In this document: positions 14,101 through 26,394 of the stretch, in pieces | Position numbering within the stretch: position 1 is the stretch's first letter | How the letters are laid out: each line of letters opens with the position of its first letter | Source of the DNA: Takakia lepidozioides | Taxonomy: Eukaryota > Plantae > Bryophyta | Direction of reading: 5' to 3' | Length of the DNA: 64,000 bases | Assembly: GCA_030704615.1 (NCBI GenBank) | Contig: CM060732.1 | Location: 30,752,001-30,816,000, forward strand | The notes under the pieces: model-generated | Seen by the model: the letters and a program-made list of their open reading frames with translations, nothing else | Database searches by the model: none | What the model was told of the DNA's origin: nothing | Translations under genes and position numbers: made by a program

Positions 14101-14755
14101 CATTCCATGCATCATGATTGTTACACCTCCAACTCGCGGAGGAGGAGGCAGCTTGAATAGGATATCGCCATCAAAAGTCTCTGGCAAGAACTTCACAGGC
14201 ACCTGCTTCAAAGATTCCCAATCAAGTCCTCGCAACTCACTTTTGAATCCAGCCATTCCTCCCATCGCCCGTAATTTTGGAATCACACTACAAATCTCTT
14301 TTTCATCAGCTTCTCCAACCACAGTAGGAAGGACTGGATTTGGAATTTCACTTATGTCATCATCGGACGAATCCGAAAGCTCAACGATTGGAGTGGAGGA
14401 CGTCTGTTCTTTTTTCACCACCACCTCCCTCTTGTCTTCAACGACCGAAGGAGCAGTCCCGGGCGTCACATATGACCCAAGGGACTTTCGCCGAGGCTCT
14501 CCAAGTACTCTATATCGACCAGGGCGCACTCTCCACTGGCTGACATGAGCCGTCTCATCACGGTTTTGGAAAGAGTATTTCAACAATTTCCCTTTCAAAT
14601 CGTACACCTCTTTCTCCAAAAAAATGGATCCATTCTAAGCTAAACTAGGTAGCCAAGACATGTTCAAGAACAATTGCAAATCCATTGTCAAGGACTTCCT
14701 GGGAGAACGGCACTGGTTTGTCGTCAGAGAAGAACTCCGCTTCAGAGGAAGTCAT
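11183..14755 (-). pseudogene. Mutator-like (MULE) transposase of M1: WRKY/GCM1-like Zn domain, DDE core, SWIM finger; frameshifted, one intron (~12650-12760)
   Basis: DGHPWCRTKTSN..CNGHLRCDNLNC..CKFCK..CEARMY..HFGFHNH; FLMFD(Q)VKRV; FMADSAQAN; CLFH (CxxH); SCNSAETVHN; SWIM CTCPDF..PCKHL. Confidence 0.85.
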
Positions 14756-15096
14756 CTTCCTTCCTCACGTACGTTGATACCTTGCTATCGCAGACCTTCA
14801 GTGTAAATCGATTTACTGATGTCTCCAGAACACAGTTGAAGAATGAGCAGAGAATATGGCGGAGGAAGCTCAGACGACGACTGTGCATATTCAATTATTC
14901 CTTCCAGATATGCAGCCGTCCATTTTAATTACTTTTCTTGTGGACCCAGTGGTCAGAGTATCCCTAGGAGCAATGTCGGCAGCTGTTAAACCGTTAATCA
15001 GAACCTCATCAATAAACACAATAACAAGCCGACTTCCTGGAAGCATGCCACAAGATCTGAGGGTGGGATTGCAGATTAAGTAAATGTATCTTTATA

Positions 15097-16331
15097 CTAG
15101 GCCATCTTTGGCTTGCCTGGCTTGTTATAATGGTTTTTTATCTCCAGGAGAAACTGCGATCCGAATGATGGGTCGGCAATTCTCAACTGCTTCACAAAAG
15201 CACTCATTATAGTCTTTCTTGTAGCGGTCATCTCTTTTTGGATGTGACTCTCAACCCCCTTTGCTGTCCTTCTCTCCTCAGGGGTTGAGCTGTAGTATTC
15301 CAGTTTGCCACGCTCCCCTGCATCTGCAATGTCTTGCTGCAAGGGAATGCACGAGAGTTGCATCAACCCAAGGTCAAGGGAAACAAACAGAAACAAACAT
15401 GTGGAAGCAGGAATATGGAAAGGCCAGATGAAGGAAGATGTATCTCACCGTGTACATGTACTCCATGAAAGCCTCACGGGTCAACGAGTACCACGTTTCC
15501 GATATCTTGGAGCTTTCGCACTTCTTGTACGTCTCTGCTGAAAGGATGGTCTTGAAGTTGGTCAAGGGCATCTGCCCGATCCTTTGTATCCTATAAAGTG
15601 TGTGAACCAGACTCTTTTTGACATGCGATGTCTCCGTCCCTCTGCAGAATGATATCTGAAAGTCAGAATGAAATTCAAGGACTTGAATCAAAGAACCACG
15701 GAACCACAAGTGGAACATGTAGAATGAGAAACCAACCTGTTCACATCATTCATTGCCGTCAGAAGACCCATCATTTCCCGTCACAATCCAGCACCATCGA
15801 TCGAACAGAGTAATGCCACTCTTCTTCCTGTGAGTGCAGCCTCCCAATGACAGCCATCCATGCAAGCAACCGGTGGTTGCCATCCCAAACGTGAAACATC
15901 TTCCCTGAGAATGCCCGGGTGGAAGGTTTCCTGGAGAGAAGAAGTTCGAAGGATTCGTTCACCTGTCTCCAAATGGGATCCCAGGAGTCCATGATTGACT
16001 CATCCACAACGAGCTCATTGCCTCTGGAATCCTTTGTAGAAACGTAAAAGACTGCGGATCCATCCAAATACCCATGAACAAACTCGGCCTCCAGCTTGAG
16101 AATGTCCTTGATGAGGGGTGGACGAACGACGGGCATGGAAACCAACCTACACAGGGGAATCTTCAACCTCCCACCCGGGGCAAGCATACTTTGCACCACA
16201 AGCTGAGAGTTTACCTTCTGACCCCCCAGCAGCTCAGCGGCTTTGCTTTCATTGAACTCATCGTCAACATCAACAATGATCTCCTTCCCCTGCCCCGAAG
16301 GGATCTCCTCCGCCATACTTTGCATCTTCTC
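15097..16331 (-). pseudogene. ParB/Srx-like-domain gene of M1, three exons, 3'-truncated
   Basis: IPLCRLVSMPVVRP..DILKLEAEF..VFYVS..FHVWDGNHRLLAW fits the ParB/Srx N-domain (DGxHR). Downstream exons (SHVKKSLVHTL; YYSSTPEE..SAFVKQLRI) match the second copy. Confidence 0.7.
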
Positions 16332-16444
16332 CTACAGGGTTGTTCATTCAAATTGATATAAGAGAGAGGCATGAAACGATGGTGTTTGAGCATGGCAGAC
16401 AGGCCCTGTGTGGCCAAATTTCTCAGCGGAAAACAAGCATTGTG

Positions 16445-19400
16445 GGGGCCGAAAACACCGTGCGTTGCCGCACAATGTTTCAGCTTCCAAATTTAAGTGT
16501 TTTGAACATGATATTTGGCCCTATTCAAATGAAAAAAGCCATGACAAGGTGGGCTCAAACAGTGTGTGTTGATGCACACTGTTTGAGCTGCCTGGTAAGT
16601 GTGCATTGAACCTCAAAGACATGCCCCATGATGCCGAATTTCACAAGAAAAAAACAATCACAAGGTGGGCTCAAACAGTGTGCGTTGACGCACACTCATT
16701 GAGCTGCTAGGTAAGTGTTCATTGAACCTCAAAGACATGCCCTTACTGGCCGATTTTCAGATGAAAAAAACAAAGAAAAGGTGAGCTCAAACACTGTGCG
16801 TTGACGCACACTGTTTGAGCTGCCAGGTAAGTGTTCCTTGATCCTCACAGACGTACCCTGTGTTGCCGGATATCACAAGAAAAAAACAATGACAAGGTGG
16901 GCTCAAACAGTGTGCGTTGACGCACACTGTATGAGCTGCCAGGTAAGTGATGATTGATCCTCAAATACATACCCTATGTGGCCGATTTTCAGATGAGAAA
17001 GGCAATGACAAGGTGAGCTCAAACAGTGTGCGTTGACGCACACTATTTGAGCTGCCAGGTAAGTGATGATTGATCCTCAAATACATGCCCTTTGTGGCTT
17101 TTTTTCAGATGAAAAAATAATGAGAAGGTGAGCTCAAACAGTGTGTGTTGACGCACACTGTTTGAGCTGCCAGGTAAGTGATGATTGATCCTCAAATACA
17201 TGCCCTATGTGGCTTATTTCAGATAACAAAGGCAATGACAAGGTGAGCTCAAACCGTGTGCGTTGACACACACAGTTTGAGCTCCCAGGTATGTGATGAT
17301 TGATCCTCAAATACATGTTGTTTGTGGCCTTTTTCAAATGAAAAAATAATGAGAGGTTGGGCTCAAACAATGTGCGCCAACGCACACTGTTTGAGCTGCT
17401 AGGTAAGTGTTCATTGATCCTCAGTTACATGCCTTGTGTGGCCGATTTTCAAACGAAAAAACAATGATAAGGTGGGCTCAAACAGTGTGCGTTGACGCAC
17501 ACTGTTTGAGCTGCCAGGTAAGTGTTCATTGATCCTCGCAAACATGCCCTGTATTCCAAATTTCACAGGAAAAAAGCAGTGACAAGGTGGGGTCAAACAG
17601 TGTGCGTTGACGCACACTGTTTGAGCTGCCAGGTAAGTGTTCATTGATCCTAAAATACATGCCCTTTGCGGCCTTTTTTCAGATGACAAAATAATGAGAA
17701 GGTGAGCTCAAATAGAGTGCATTGACGGACACTGTTTGAGATACCAGGTAAGTGATGATTGATCCTCAAATACATTCCCTATGTGGCCTATTTCAGATGA
17801 CAAAGGCAATGACAAGGTGAGCTCAAATAGTGTGCATTGACGCACACTGTTTGAGCTGCCTGGTAAGTGATGATTGATCCTCAAATACATGCCCTTTGTG
17901 GCTTTTTTTCAGATGACAAAATAATGAGAAGGTGAGCTCAAATAGTGTGCGTTGACGCACACTGTTTGAGATACCAGGTAAGTGATAATTGATCCTCAAA
18001 TACATGCCCTATGTGGCCTATTTCAGATGACAAAGGCAATGACAAGGTGAGCTCAAACCGTGTGCGTTGACACACACTGTTTGAGCTCCCAGGTATGTGA
18101 TGATTGATCCTCAAATACATGTTGTTTGTGGCCTTTTTCAGATGAAAAAATAAAGAGAAGTTGGGCTCAAACAGTGTGCGCCAACGCACACTGTTTGAGC
18201 TGCTAGGTAAGTGTTCATTGATCATCAGTTACATGCCCTGTGTGGCCGATTTTCAAACAAAAAAACAATGAGAAGGTGGGCTCAAACAGTGTGCATTGAC
18301 GCACATTGTTTGAGCTGCCAGGTAAGTGTTCATTGATCCTCAAATACATGCCCTTTGTGGCCGAATTTAAGATGAAAAAACCAAAGAAAAGGTGAGCTCA
18401 AACAGTGTGCGTTGACACACACTGTTTGAGCTGCCAGGTAAGTGTTCATTGAACCTCACAGACATGCCCTGTATTGCCAAATTTCAAAGGAGAAAAACAG
18501 TGACAAGGTGGGCTCAAACAGTGTGCGTCAACGCACAATGTTTGATCTGCCAGGTAAGTGTTCATTGATCCTAAAATACATACCCTATGTGGCCGATTTT
18601 CAGATAAGAAAGGCAATGACAAGGTGAGCTCAAACAGTGTGCATTGACGCACACTGTTTGAGATGCCTGGTAAGTGATGATTGATCCTCAAATACATGCC
18701 CTTTGTGGCTTTTTTTCAGATGACAAAATAATGAGAAGGTGAGCTCAAACAGTGTGCGTTGACGCACACTGTTTGAGATACCAGGTAAGTGATGATTGAT
18801 CCTCAAATACATGCCCTATGTGGCCTATTTCAGATGACAAAGGCAATGACAAGGTGAGCTGAAACCTTGTGCGTTGACGCACACAGTTTGAGCTGCCAGG
18901 TAAGTGATGATTGATCCTCAAATACATGCCCTTTGTGGCCTTTTTTCAGATGACAAAATAATGAGAAGGTGAGCTCAAATAGAGTGCGTTGACGCACACT
19001 GTTTGAGATACCAGATAAGTGATGATTGATCCTCCAATACATGCCCTATGTGGCCTATTTCAGATGACAAAGGCAATGACAAGGTGAGCTGAAACCGTGT
19101 GCGTTGACGTACACAGTTTGAGCTGCCAGGTAAGTGACGATTGATCCTCAAATACATGCCCTTTGTGCCCTTTTTTCAGATGACAAAATAATGAGAATGT
19201 GAGCTCAAATAGAGTGCGTTGACGCACACTGTTTGAGATACCAGGTAAGTGATGTATGATCCTCAAATACATGCCCTATGTGGCCTATTTCAGATGACAA
19301 AGGCAATGACAAGGTGAGCTCAAAGAGTGTGCATTGACGCACACTGTTTGAGCTGCCTGGTAAGTGATGATTGATCCTCAAATACATGCCCTTTGTGGCT

Positions 19401-22400
19401 TTTTTTCAGATGACAAAATAATGAGAAGGTGAGCTCAAACAGTGTGCGTTGACGCACACTATTTGAGATACCAGGTAAGTGATGATTGATCCTCAAATAC
19501 ATGCCGTATGTGGCCTATTTCAGATGACAAAGGCAATGACAAGGTGAGCTCAAACCGTGTGCGTTGACACACACCGTTTGAGCTGCCAGGTATGTGATGA
19601 TTGATCCTCAAATACATATTGTTTGTAGCCTTTTTTCAGATGAAAAAATAATTAGAAGTTGGGCTCAAACAGTGTGCGCCAACGCACATTGTTTGAGTTG
19701 CTAGGTAAGTGTTCATTGATCCTCAGTTACATGCCATGTGTGGCCGATTTTCAAACAAAAAAACAATGAGAAGTTGGGCTCAAAGAGTGTGCGTTGACGC
19801 ACACTGTTTGAGCTGCCAGGTAAGTGTTCATTGATCTCCAAATACATGCCCTTTGTGGCCGAATTTAAGATGAAAAAAACAAAGAAAAGGTGAGCTCAAA
19901 CATTGTGCGTTGACACACACTGTTCGACCTGCCAGGTAAGTGTTCATTGAACCTCACATACATGCCCTGTATTGCCAAATTTCAAAGGAGAAAAACAGTG
20001 ACAAGGTGGGCTCAAACAGTGTGCGTCAACCCACACTGTTTGATCTGCCAGGTAAGTGTTCATTGATTCTAAAATACATACCCTATGTGGCCGATTTTCA
20101 GATAAGAAAGGCAATGACAAGGTGAGCTCAAACAGTGTGCATTGACGCACACTGTTTGAGTTGCCTGATAAGTGATGATTGATCCTCAAATACATGCCCT
20201 TTGTGGCTTTTTATTCAGATGACAAAATAATGAGAAGGTGAGCTCAAACAGTGTGCGTTGACGCACACTGTTTGAGATACCAGATAAGTGATGATTGATC
20301 CTCAAATACATGCCCTATGTGGCCTATTTCAGATGACAAAGGCAATGACAAGGTGAACTCAAATAGTGTGCATTGACGCACACTGTTTGAGCTGCGAGGT
20401 CTGTGATGATTGATCCTCAAATACATGTTGTTTGTGGCTTTTTTCAGATGAAAAAATAATGAGAAGTTGGGCTCAAACAGTGTGCGCCAACGCACACTGT
20501 TTGAGCTGCTAGGTAAGTGTTCATTGATCCTCAGTTACATGCCATGTGTGGCCGATTTTCAAACAAAAAAACAATGAGAAGGTGGGCTCAAAGAGTGTGC
20601 GTTGACGCACACTATTTGAGCTGCCAGGTAAGTGTTCATTGATCCTCAAATACATGCCCTTTGTGGCCGAATTTAAGATGAAAAAAACAAAGAAAATGTG
20701 AGCTCAAACATTGTGCGTTGACACACACTCTTCGAGCTGCCAGGTAAGTGTTCATTGAACCTCACAGACATGCCCTGTATTGCCAAATTTCAAAGGAGAA
20801 AAATAGTGACAAGGTGGGCTCAAACAGTGTGCGTCAACCCACACTGTTTGATCTGCCAGGTAAGTGTTCATTGATCCTAAAATACATACCCTATGTGGCC
20901 GATTTTCAGATAAGAAAGGCAATGACAAGGTGAGCTCAAACAGTGTGCATTGACGCACACTGTTTGAGTTGCCTGGTAAGTGATGATTGATCCTCAAATA
21001 CATGCCCTTTGTGACTTTTTTTTCAGATGACAAAATAATGAGAAGGTGAGCTCAAACAGTGTGCATTGACGCACACTGTTTGAGATACCGGGTAAGTGAT
21101 GATTGATCCTCAAATACATGCCCTATGTGGCCTATTTCAAATGACAAAGGCAATGACAAGGTGAGCCGAAACCATGTGCGTTGACGCACACAGTTTGAGC
21201 TGCCAAGTAAGTGATGATTGATCCTCAAAAACATGCCCTTTGTGGCCTTTTTTCAGATGACAAAATAATGAGAAGGTGAGCTCAAATAGAGTGCGTTGAC
21301 GCACACTGTTTGAGATACCAGGTAAGTGATGATTGATCCTCAAATACATGCCCTATGTGGCCTATTTCAGATGACAAAGGCAATGACAAGGTGAGCTGAA
21401 ACCGTGTGCGTTGACGCACACAGTTTGAGCTGCCAGGTAAGTGATGATTGATCCTCAAATACATGCCCTATGTGGCCTATTTCAGATGACAAAGGCAATG
21501 ACAAGATGAGCTCAAAGAGTGTGCATTGACGCACACCGTTTGAGCTGCCTGATAAGTGATGATTGATCCTCAAATACATGCCCTTTGTGGCTTTTTTTCA
21601 GATAACAAAATAATGAGAAGGTGAGCTCAAACAGTGTGCATTGACGCACACTGATTGAGATACCAGGTAAGTGATGATTGATCCTCAAATACATGCCCTA
21701 TGTGGCCTATTTCAGATGACAAAGGCAATGACAAGGTGAGCTGAAACCGTGTGCGTTGACGCACACAGTTTGAGCTGCCAGGTAAGTGATGATTGATCCT
21801 CAAATACATGCCCTTTGTGGCCTTTTTTCAGATGACAAAATAATGAGAAGGTGAGCTCAAATAGAGTGCGTTGACGCACACTGTTTGAGATACCAGGTAA
21901 GTGATGATTGATCCTCAAATACATGCCCTATGTGGCCTATTTCAGATGACAAAGGCAATGACAAGGTGAGCTGAAACCGTGTGCGTTGACGCACACAGTT
22001 TGAGCTGCCAGGTAAGTGATGATTGATCCTCAAATACATGCCCTTTGTGGCCTTTTTTCAGATGACAAAATAATGAGAAGGTGAGTTCAAAGAGAGTGCG
22101 TTGACGCACACTGTTTGAGATACCAGGTAAGTGATGATTGATCCTCAAATACATGCCCTATGTGGCCTATTTCAGATGACAAAGGCAATGACAAGGTGAG
22201 CTCAAAGAGTGTGCATTGACGCACACCGTTTGAGCTGCCTGATAAGTGATGATTGATCCTCAAATACATGCCCTTTGTGGCTTTTTTTCAGATGACAAAA
22301 TAATGAGAAGGTGAGCTCAAACAGTGTGCGTTGACACACACTGTTTGAGATACCAGCTAAGTGATGATTGATCCTCAAATACATGCCCTATGTGGCCTAT

Positions 22401-24997
22401 TTCAGATGACAAAGGCAATGACAAGGTGAGCTCAAACCGTGTGCGTTGACACACACTGTTTGAGCTCCCAGGTATGTGATGATTGATCCTCAAATACATA
22501 TTGTTTGTGGCCTTTTTCAGATGAAAAAATAATGAGAAGTTGGGCTCAAACAGTGTGCGCCAACGCACACTGTTTGAGCAGCTAGGTAAGTGTCCATTGA
22601 TCCTCAGTTATATGCCCTGTGTGGCCGATTCTCAAACAAAAAAACAATGAGAAGGTGGGCTCAAACAGTGTGCATTGACGCACATTGTTTGAGCTGCCAG
22701 GTAAGTGTTCATTGATCCTCAAATACATGCCCTTTGTGGCCGAATTTAAGATGAAAAAAACAAAGAAAATGTGAGCTCAAACAGTGTGCGTTGACACACA
22801 CTGTTTGAGCTGCCAGGTAAGTTTTCATTGAACCTCACAAACATGCCCTGTATTGCCAAATTTCAAAGGAGAAAAACAGTGACAAGGTGGGCTCAAACAG
22901 TGTGCGTCAACGCACAATGTTTGATCTGCCAGGTAAGTGTTCATTGATCCTAAAATACATACCCTATGTGGCCGATTTTCAGATAAGAAAGGCAATGACA
23001 AGGTGAGCTCAAACAGTGTGCATTGACGCACACTGTTTGAGATACCAGGTAAGTGATGATTAATCCTCAAATACATGCCCTATGTGGCCTATTTCAGATG
23101 ACAAAGGCAATGACAAGGTGAGCTGAAACCGTGTGCGTTGACGCACACAGTTTGAGCTGCCAGGTAAGTGATGATTGATCCTCAAATACATGCCCTTTGT
23201 GGCCTTTTTTCAGATGACAAAATAATGAGAAGGTGAGCTCAAACAGTGTGCGTTGACGCACACTGTTTGAGATACCAGGTAAGTGATGATTGATCCTCAA
23301 TTACATGCCCTATGTGGCCTATTTCAGATGACAAAGGCAATGACAAGGTGAGCTGAAACAGTGTGCATTGACGCACACTGTTTGAGCTGCCTGGTAAGTG
23401 ATGATTGATCCTCAAATACATGCCCTTTCTGGCTTTTTTTCAGATGACAAAATAATGAGAAGGTGAGCTCAAACAGTGTGCGTTGACGCACACTGTTTGA
23501 GATACCAGGTAAGTGATGATTGATCCTCAAATACATGCCCTATGTGGCCTATTTCAGATGACAAAGGCAATGACAAAGTGAGCTCAAACCGTGTGCGTTG
23601 ACACACACTGTTTGAGCTGCCAGGTATGTGATGATTGATCCTCAAATACATGTTGTTTGTGGCCGTTTTCAGATGAAAAAATAATGAGAAGTTGGGCTCA
23701 AACAGTGTGCGCCAACGCACACTGTTTGAGCTGCTAGGTAAGTGTTCGTTGATCCTAGGTTACATGCCCTGTGTGGCCGATTTTCAAACGAAAACACAAT
23801 GAGAAGGTGGTCTCAAAGAGTGTGCGTTGACGCACACTGTTTGAGCTGCCAGGTAAGTGTTCATTGATCCTCATATACATGCCCTTTGTGGCCGAATTTA
23901 AGATGAAAAAAACAAAAAAAAGGTGAGCTCAAATAGTGTGCGTTGACGTACACTGTTTGAGCTGCCAGGTAAGTGTTCATTGATCCTCACAGACATGCCC
24001 TGGATTGCCGAATTTCACAGGAAAAAAACAGTGACAAGGTGGGGTCAAACAATCTGCGTTGACGCATACTGTTTGAGCTGCCAGGTAAGTGTTCATTGAT
24101 CATCAATTACATGCCATTTGTGGCCGATTTCAAGATGAAAAAAACAATGAGAAGGTGGGCTCAAACAGTGTGTGCCAACGCACACTGTTTGAGCTGCCAG
24201 GTAAGTGTTCATTGATCCTCAGAGACATGCCCTATGTGGTCGATTTTCAAACGAAAAAAACAATGACAAGGTGAGCTCGAAAAGTGTGCGTTGACGCACA
24301 CTGTTTGAGCTTCCAGGTAAGTGATGATTGATCCTCAAATACATACCCTATGTGACCGATTTTCAGATGACAAAGGCAATGACAAGGTGAGCTCAAACCG
24401 TGTGCGTTGACGTACACTGTTTGAGCTGCCTGGTAAGTGATGATTGATCCTCAAATACATGCCGTTTGTGGCCGTTTTTCAGATGAAAAATCAATGATCA
24501 AACAGTGTGCGCCAACGCACACTGTTTGAGCTACCAGGTAAGTGTTCATTGATCCTCAGAGACACGCCCTGTGTGGCCGATTTTGAAAAAAAAAAAATAA
24601 TGACAAAGTGAGCTCAAACAATGTGCGTTGACGCACACTGCTGGAGCTACCAGGAAATTGATGATTGAACCTCAAAGAGATATCCTGGCTCGGTAATTTT
24701 TTTGTGAGAAGAACAATGATAAGGGGGGCTCAAATAGTGTGCGTCAACGCACACTGTTTGAGCTTTCAAATAGTGGAGGATTGAACCGGGCATAGTGGCC
24801 CTATCTGGCCGTTTTGCACACCAACAACCAAGTAAAATGGGGGGCTCAAACAGTGTGCGTCAACGCACACTGTTTGAGCTTCCAATTCGTGGTGGATTGA
24901 ACCTGCCCTAGTTCCCCAATTTGGCCGTTTCGCACATCAACAAACAAGCAAAATGGAAGGCTCAAACAGTGTGCGTCAACGCACACTGTTTGAGCTT
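16445..24997. repeat. Tandem array of ~74 units of ~115 bp, each with a 38-bp palindrome
   Basis: Consensus AGCTCAAACAGTGTGCGT-TG-ACGCACACTGTTTGAGCT (18-bp arms) recurs every ~115 bp; edge units are more diverged than central ones. Confidence 0.97.
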
Positions 24998-25119
24998 CTT
25001 GTTCGCGGTTGATGCAACCTGGCAGAGATGCCGTGTGTAGACTATGTTCATATCGAAATACAATCTCAACTGGGGTTCACATCAGCAATGAAGCACAAAG
25101 GTGGGTTCCAAAGATTGTA

Positions 25120-25520
25120 CCTTTTTTTTTTGCTGCTCCAGAAGACTCCCCAATCGTCGGGGACCCTTTGCGCTTCGGACTGCTCTCCACACATCGCATG
25201 TTCTGGAGCATCTCCCCCATCCTCTCTTCCACTATGAGGTTCTTCGTGAGGCCAACATCAACATCATCTTCGGCGTCTGTCTCTCCCTCGGATGCAGTGT
25301 CCTCCTCACCTGTTCTTGGAACTATGGCAGGCTGCTGTTCTTCTCCGGTTTCCTGCTCTTCCATCGCCATACTTTCCTCTTTGCCATCTTCTTCCGCCTT
25401 TTCCTCTTCGTCCACTCTTTCCATCCTCATTCTATATCTAGCTCTATTCCTGTTTCTAGAGCTCGTGAAGTATAATGACTTCCTTCTCTTCCTCCTCCGC
25501 TGGAAACAAGGGCTCCCCAC
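25120..25520 (-). CDS. Acidic/basic low-complexity coding segment, possible first exon of the M1 ParB-like gene
   Basis: Open E/D-rich frame (EEEKAEEDGKEE..ETDAEDDVD) with NLS-like PKRK/KKK, ending at AAG|GTAC. Confidence 0.4.
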
Positions 25521-26394
25521 GATGCCTCTAGAGCTCTCCAGTTTGATGTTTGCAACAAGGGTTGCTATGGCATGTAACCAAAATCAAAATTGGACATTGT
25601 CAACCGTATTTGGATGCGGGTGTTGTTATTGTGTGCGAGCGGAATTCATCCATTTCGGCGTCTTTGTATTATCCAAGAAATAAAGTGCTAGAAAATATGT
25701 ACATCCGTTGCATGTACTTGTGATATATGTCAGATGTACTTCGCCGCCTGCCAATACATGGCGGCCTTCTTGCATTCTTTCAAATTCGGAAGGGCCGTAG
25801 AAATCTAATGCTAGTTCAATTTCAAGCAGTTCTTGCAGATTCGCCATAAATGTTATGCTTCACATATGCATCCACGTGTGTCGTACTGCCTACCCTGTGG
25901 TTTGCATTTTGCCGTCATCGTCGCCATGGGGTCATTCGGTATAAAGGGTTGTGTCGGAAATGATCTTGTGTTGCACACATCCGTGCGAGGTGACTCTTGG
26001 AGTGTTAGTGTTTGTGCTGTGCTCTTCTGGCACAGCACAACCTCATTACATTCGGGGTCTTCCTGTTTACTGCTCTCCAGGGTTGTTGCCGTCTTTCCAT
26101 AATGGATGGTTTCATGTCATGTTCAGGGTTTGTTTTTCATCCAAAAACAACACGGCTTCTTGTGGCTTCTTGTCTTTGAAAACAATTTTTCTGGTTGGTG
26201 TCTCTCAGCGTGGTTGTCTGCGAAGTTCAGTGCATGTCATTCCTACATCCTTTTGATGCATCGCCCGCAGCCTTCGGGTTAGTGCTACCCTTGTTGACCT
26301 CAATTTGTTTGTGGTGGATCCCCTTTCGAGAATTACGGGCTATCAGTTCGGGGATTCTGTTGTGAATCGCAACTTTCGGTCAGTGTAGGAAAAC

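Noticed and set aside
12060-14548. Long + strand ORFs (12060-12695, 14054-14548), likewise 25009-25683 and 43890-44570
   Set aside because: Antisense shadows of coding sequence on the other strand, with no independent motifs.
17134-24274. Dozens of 60-95 aa ORFs (MYLRINHHLPG...)
   Set aside because: By-products of a 115-bp period (not a multiple of 3); no evidence of coding.
16590-24550. CAG|GTAAGT donor and TTTCAG acceptor in each unit on +, suggesting a repeated exon-intron gene
   Set aside because: The implied intron is only ~50 nt, the exons would not keep frame, and the flanking genes are on the minus strand.
16445-24997. CRISPR array (palindromic repeat plus ~77-bp spacers)
   Set aside because: The intervening sequences are homologous to each other rather than unique, no cas genes are present, and the context is eukaryotic.
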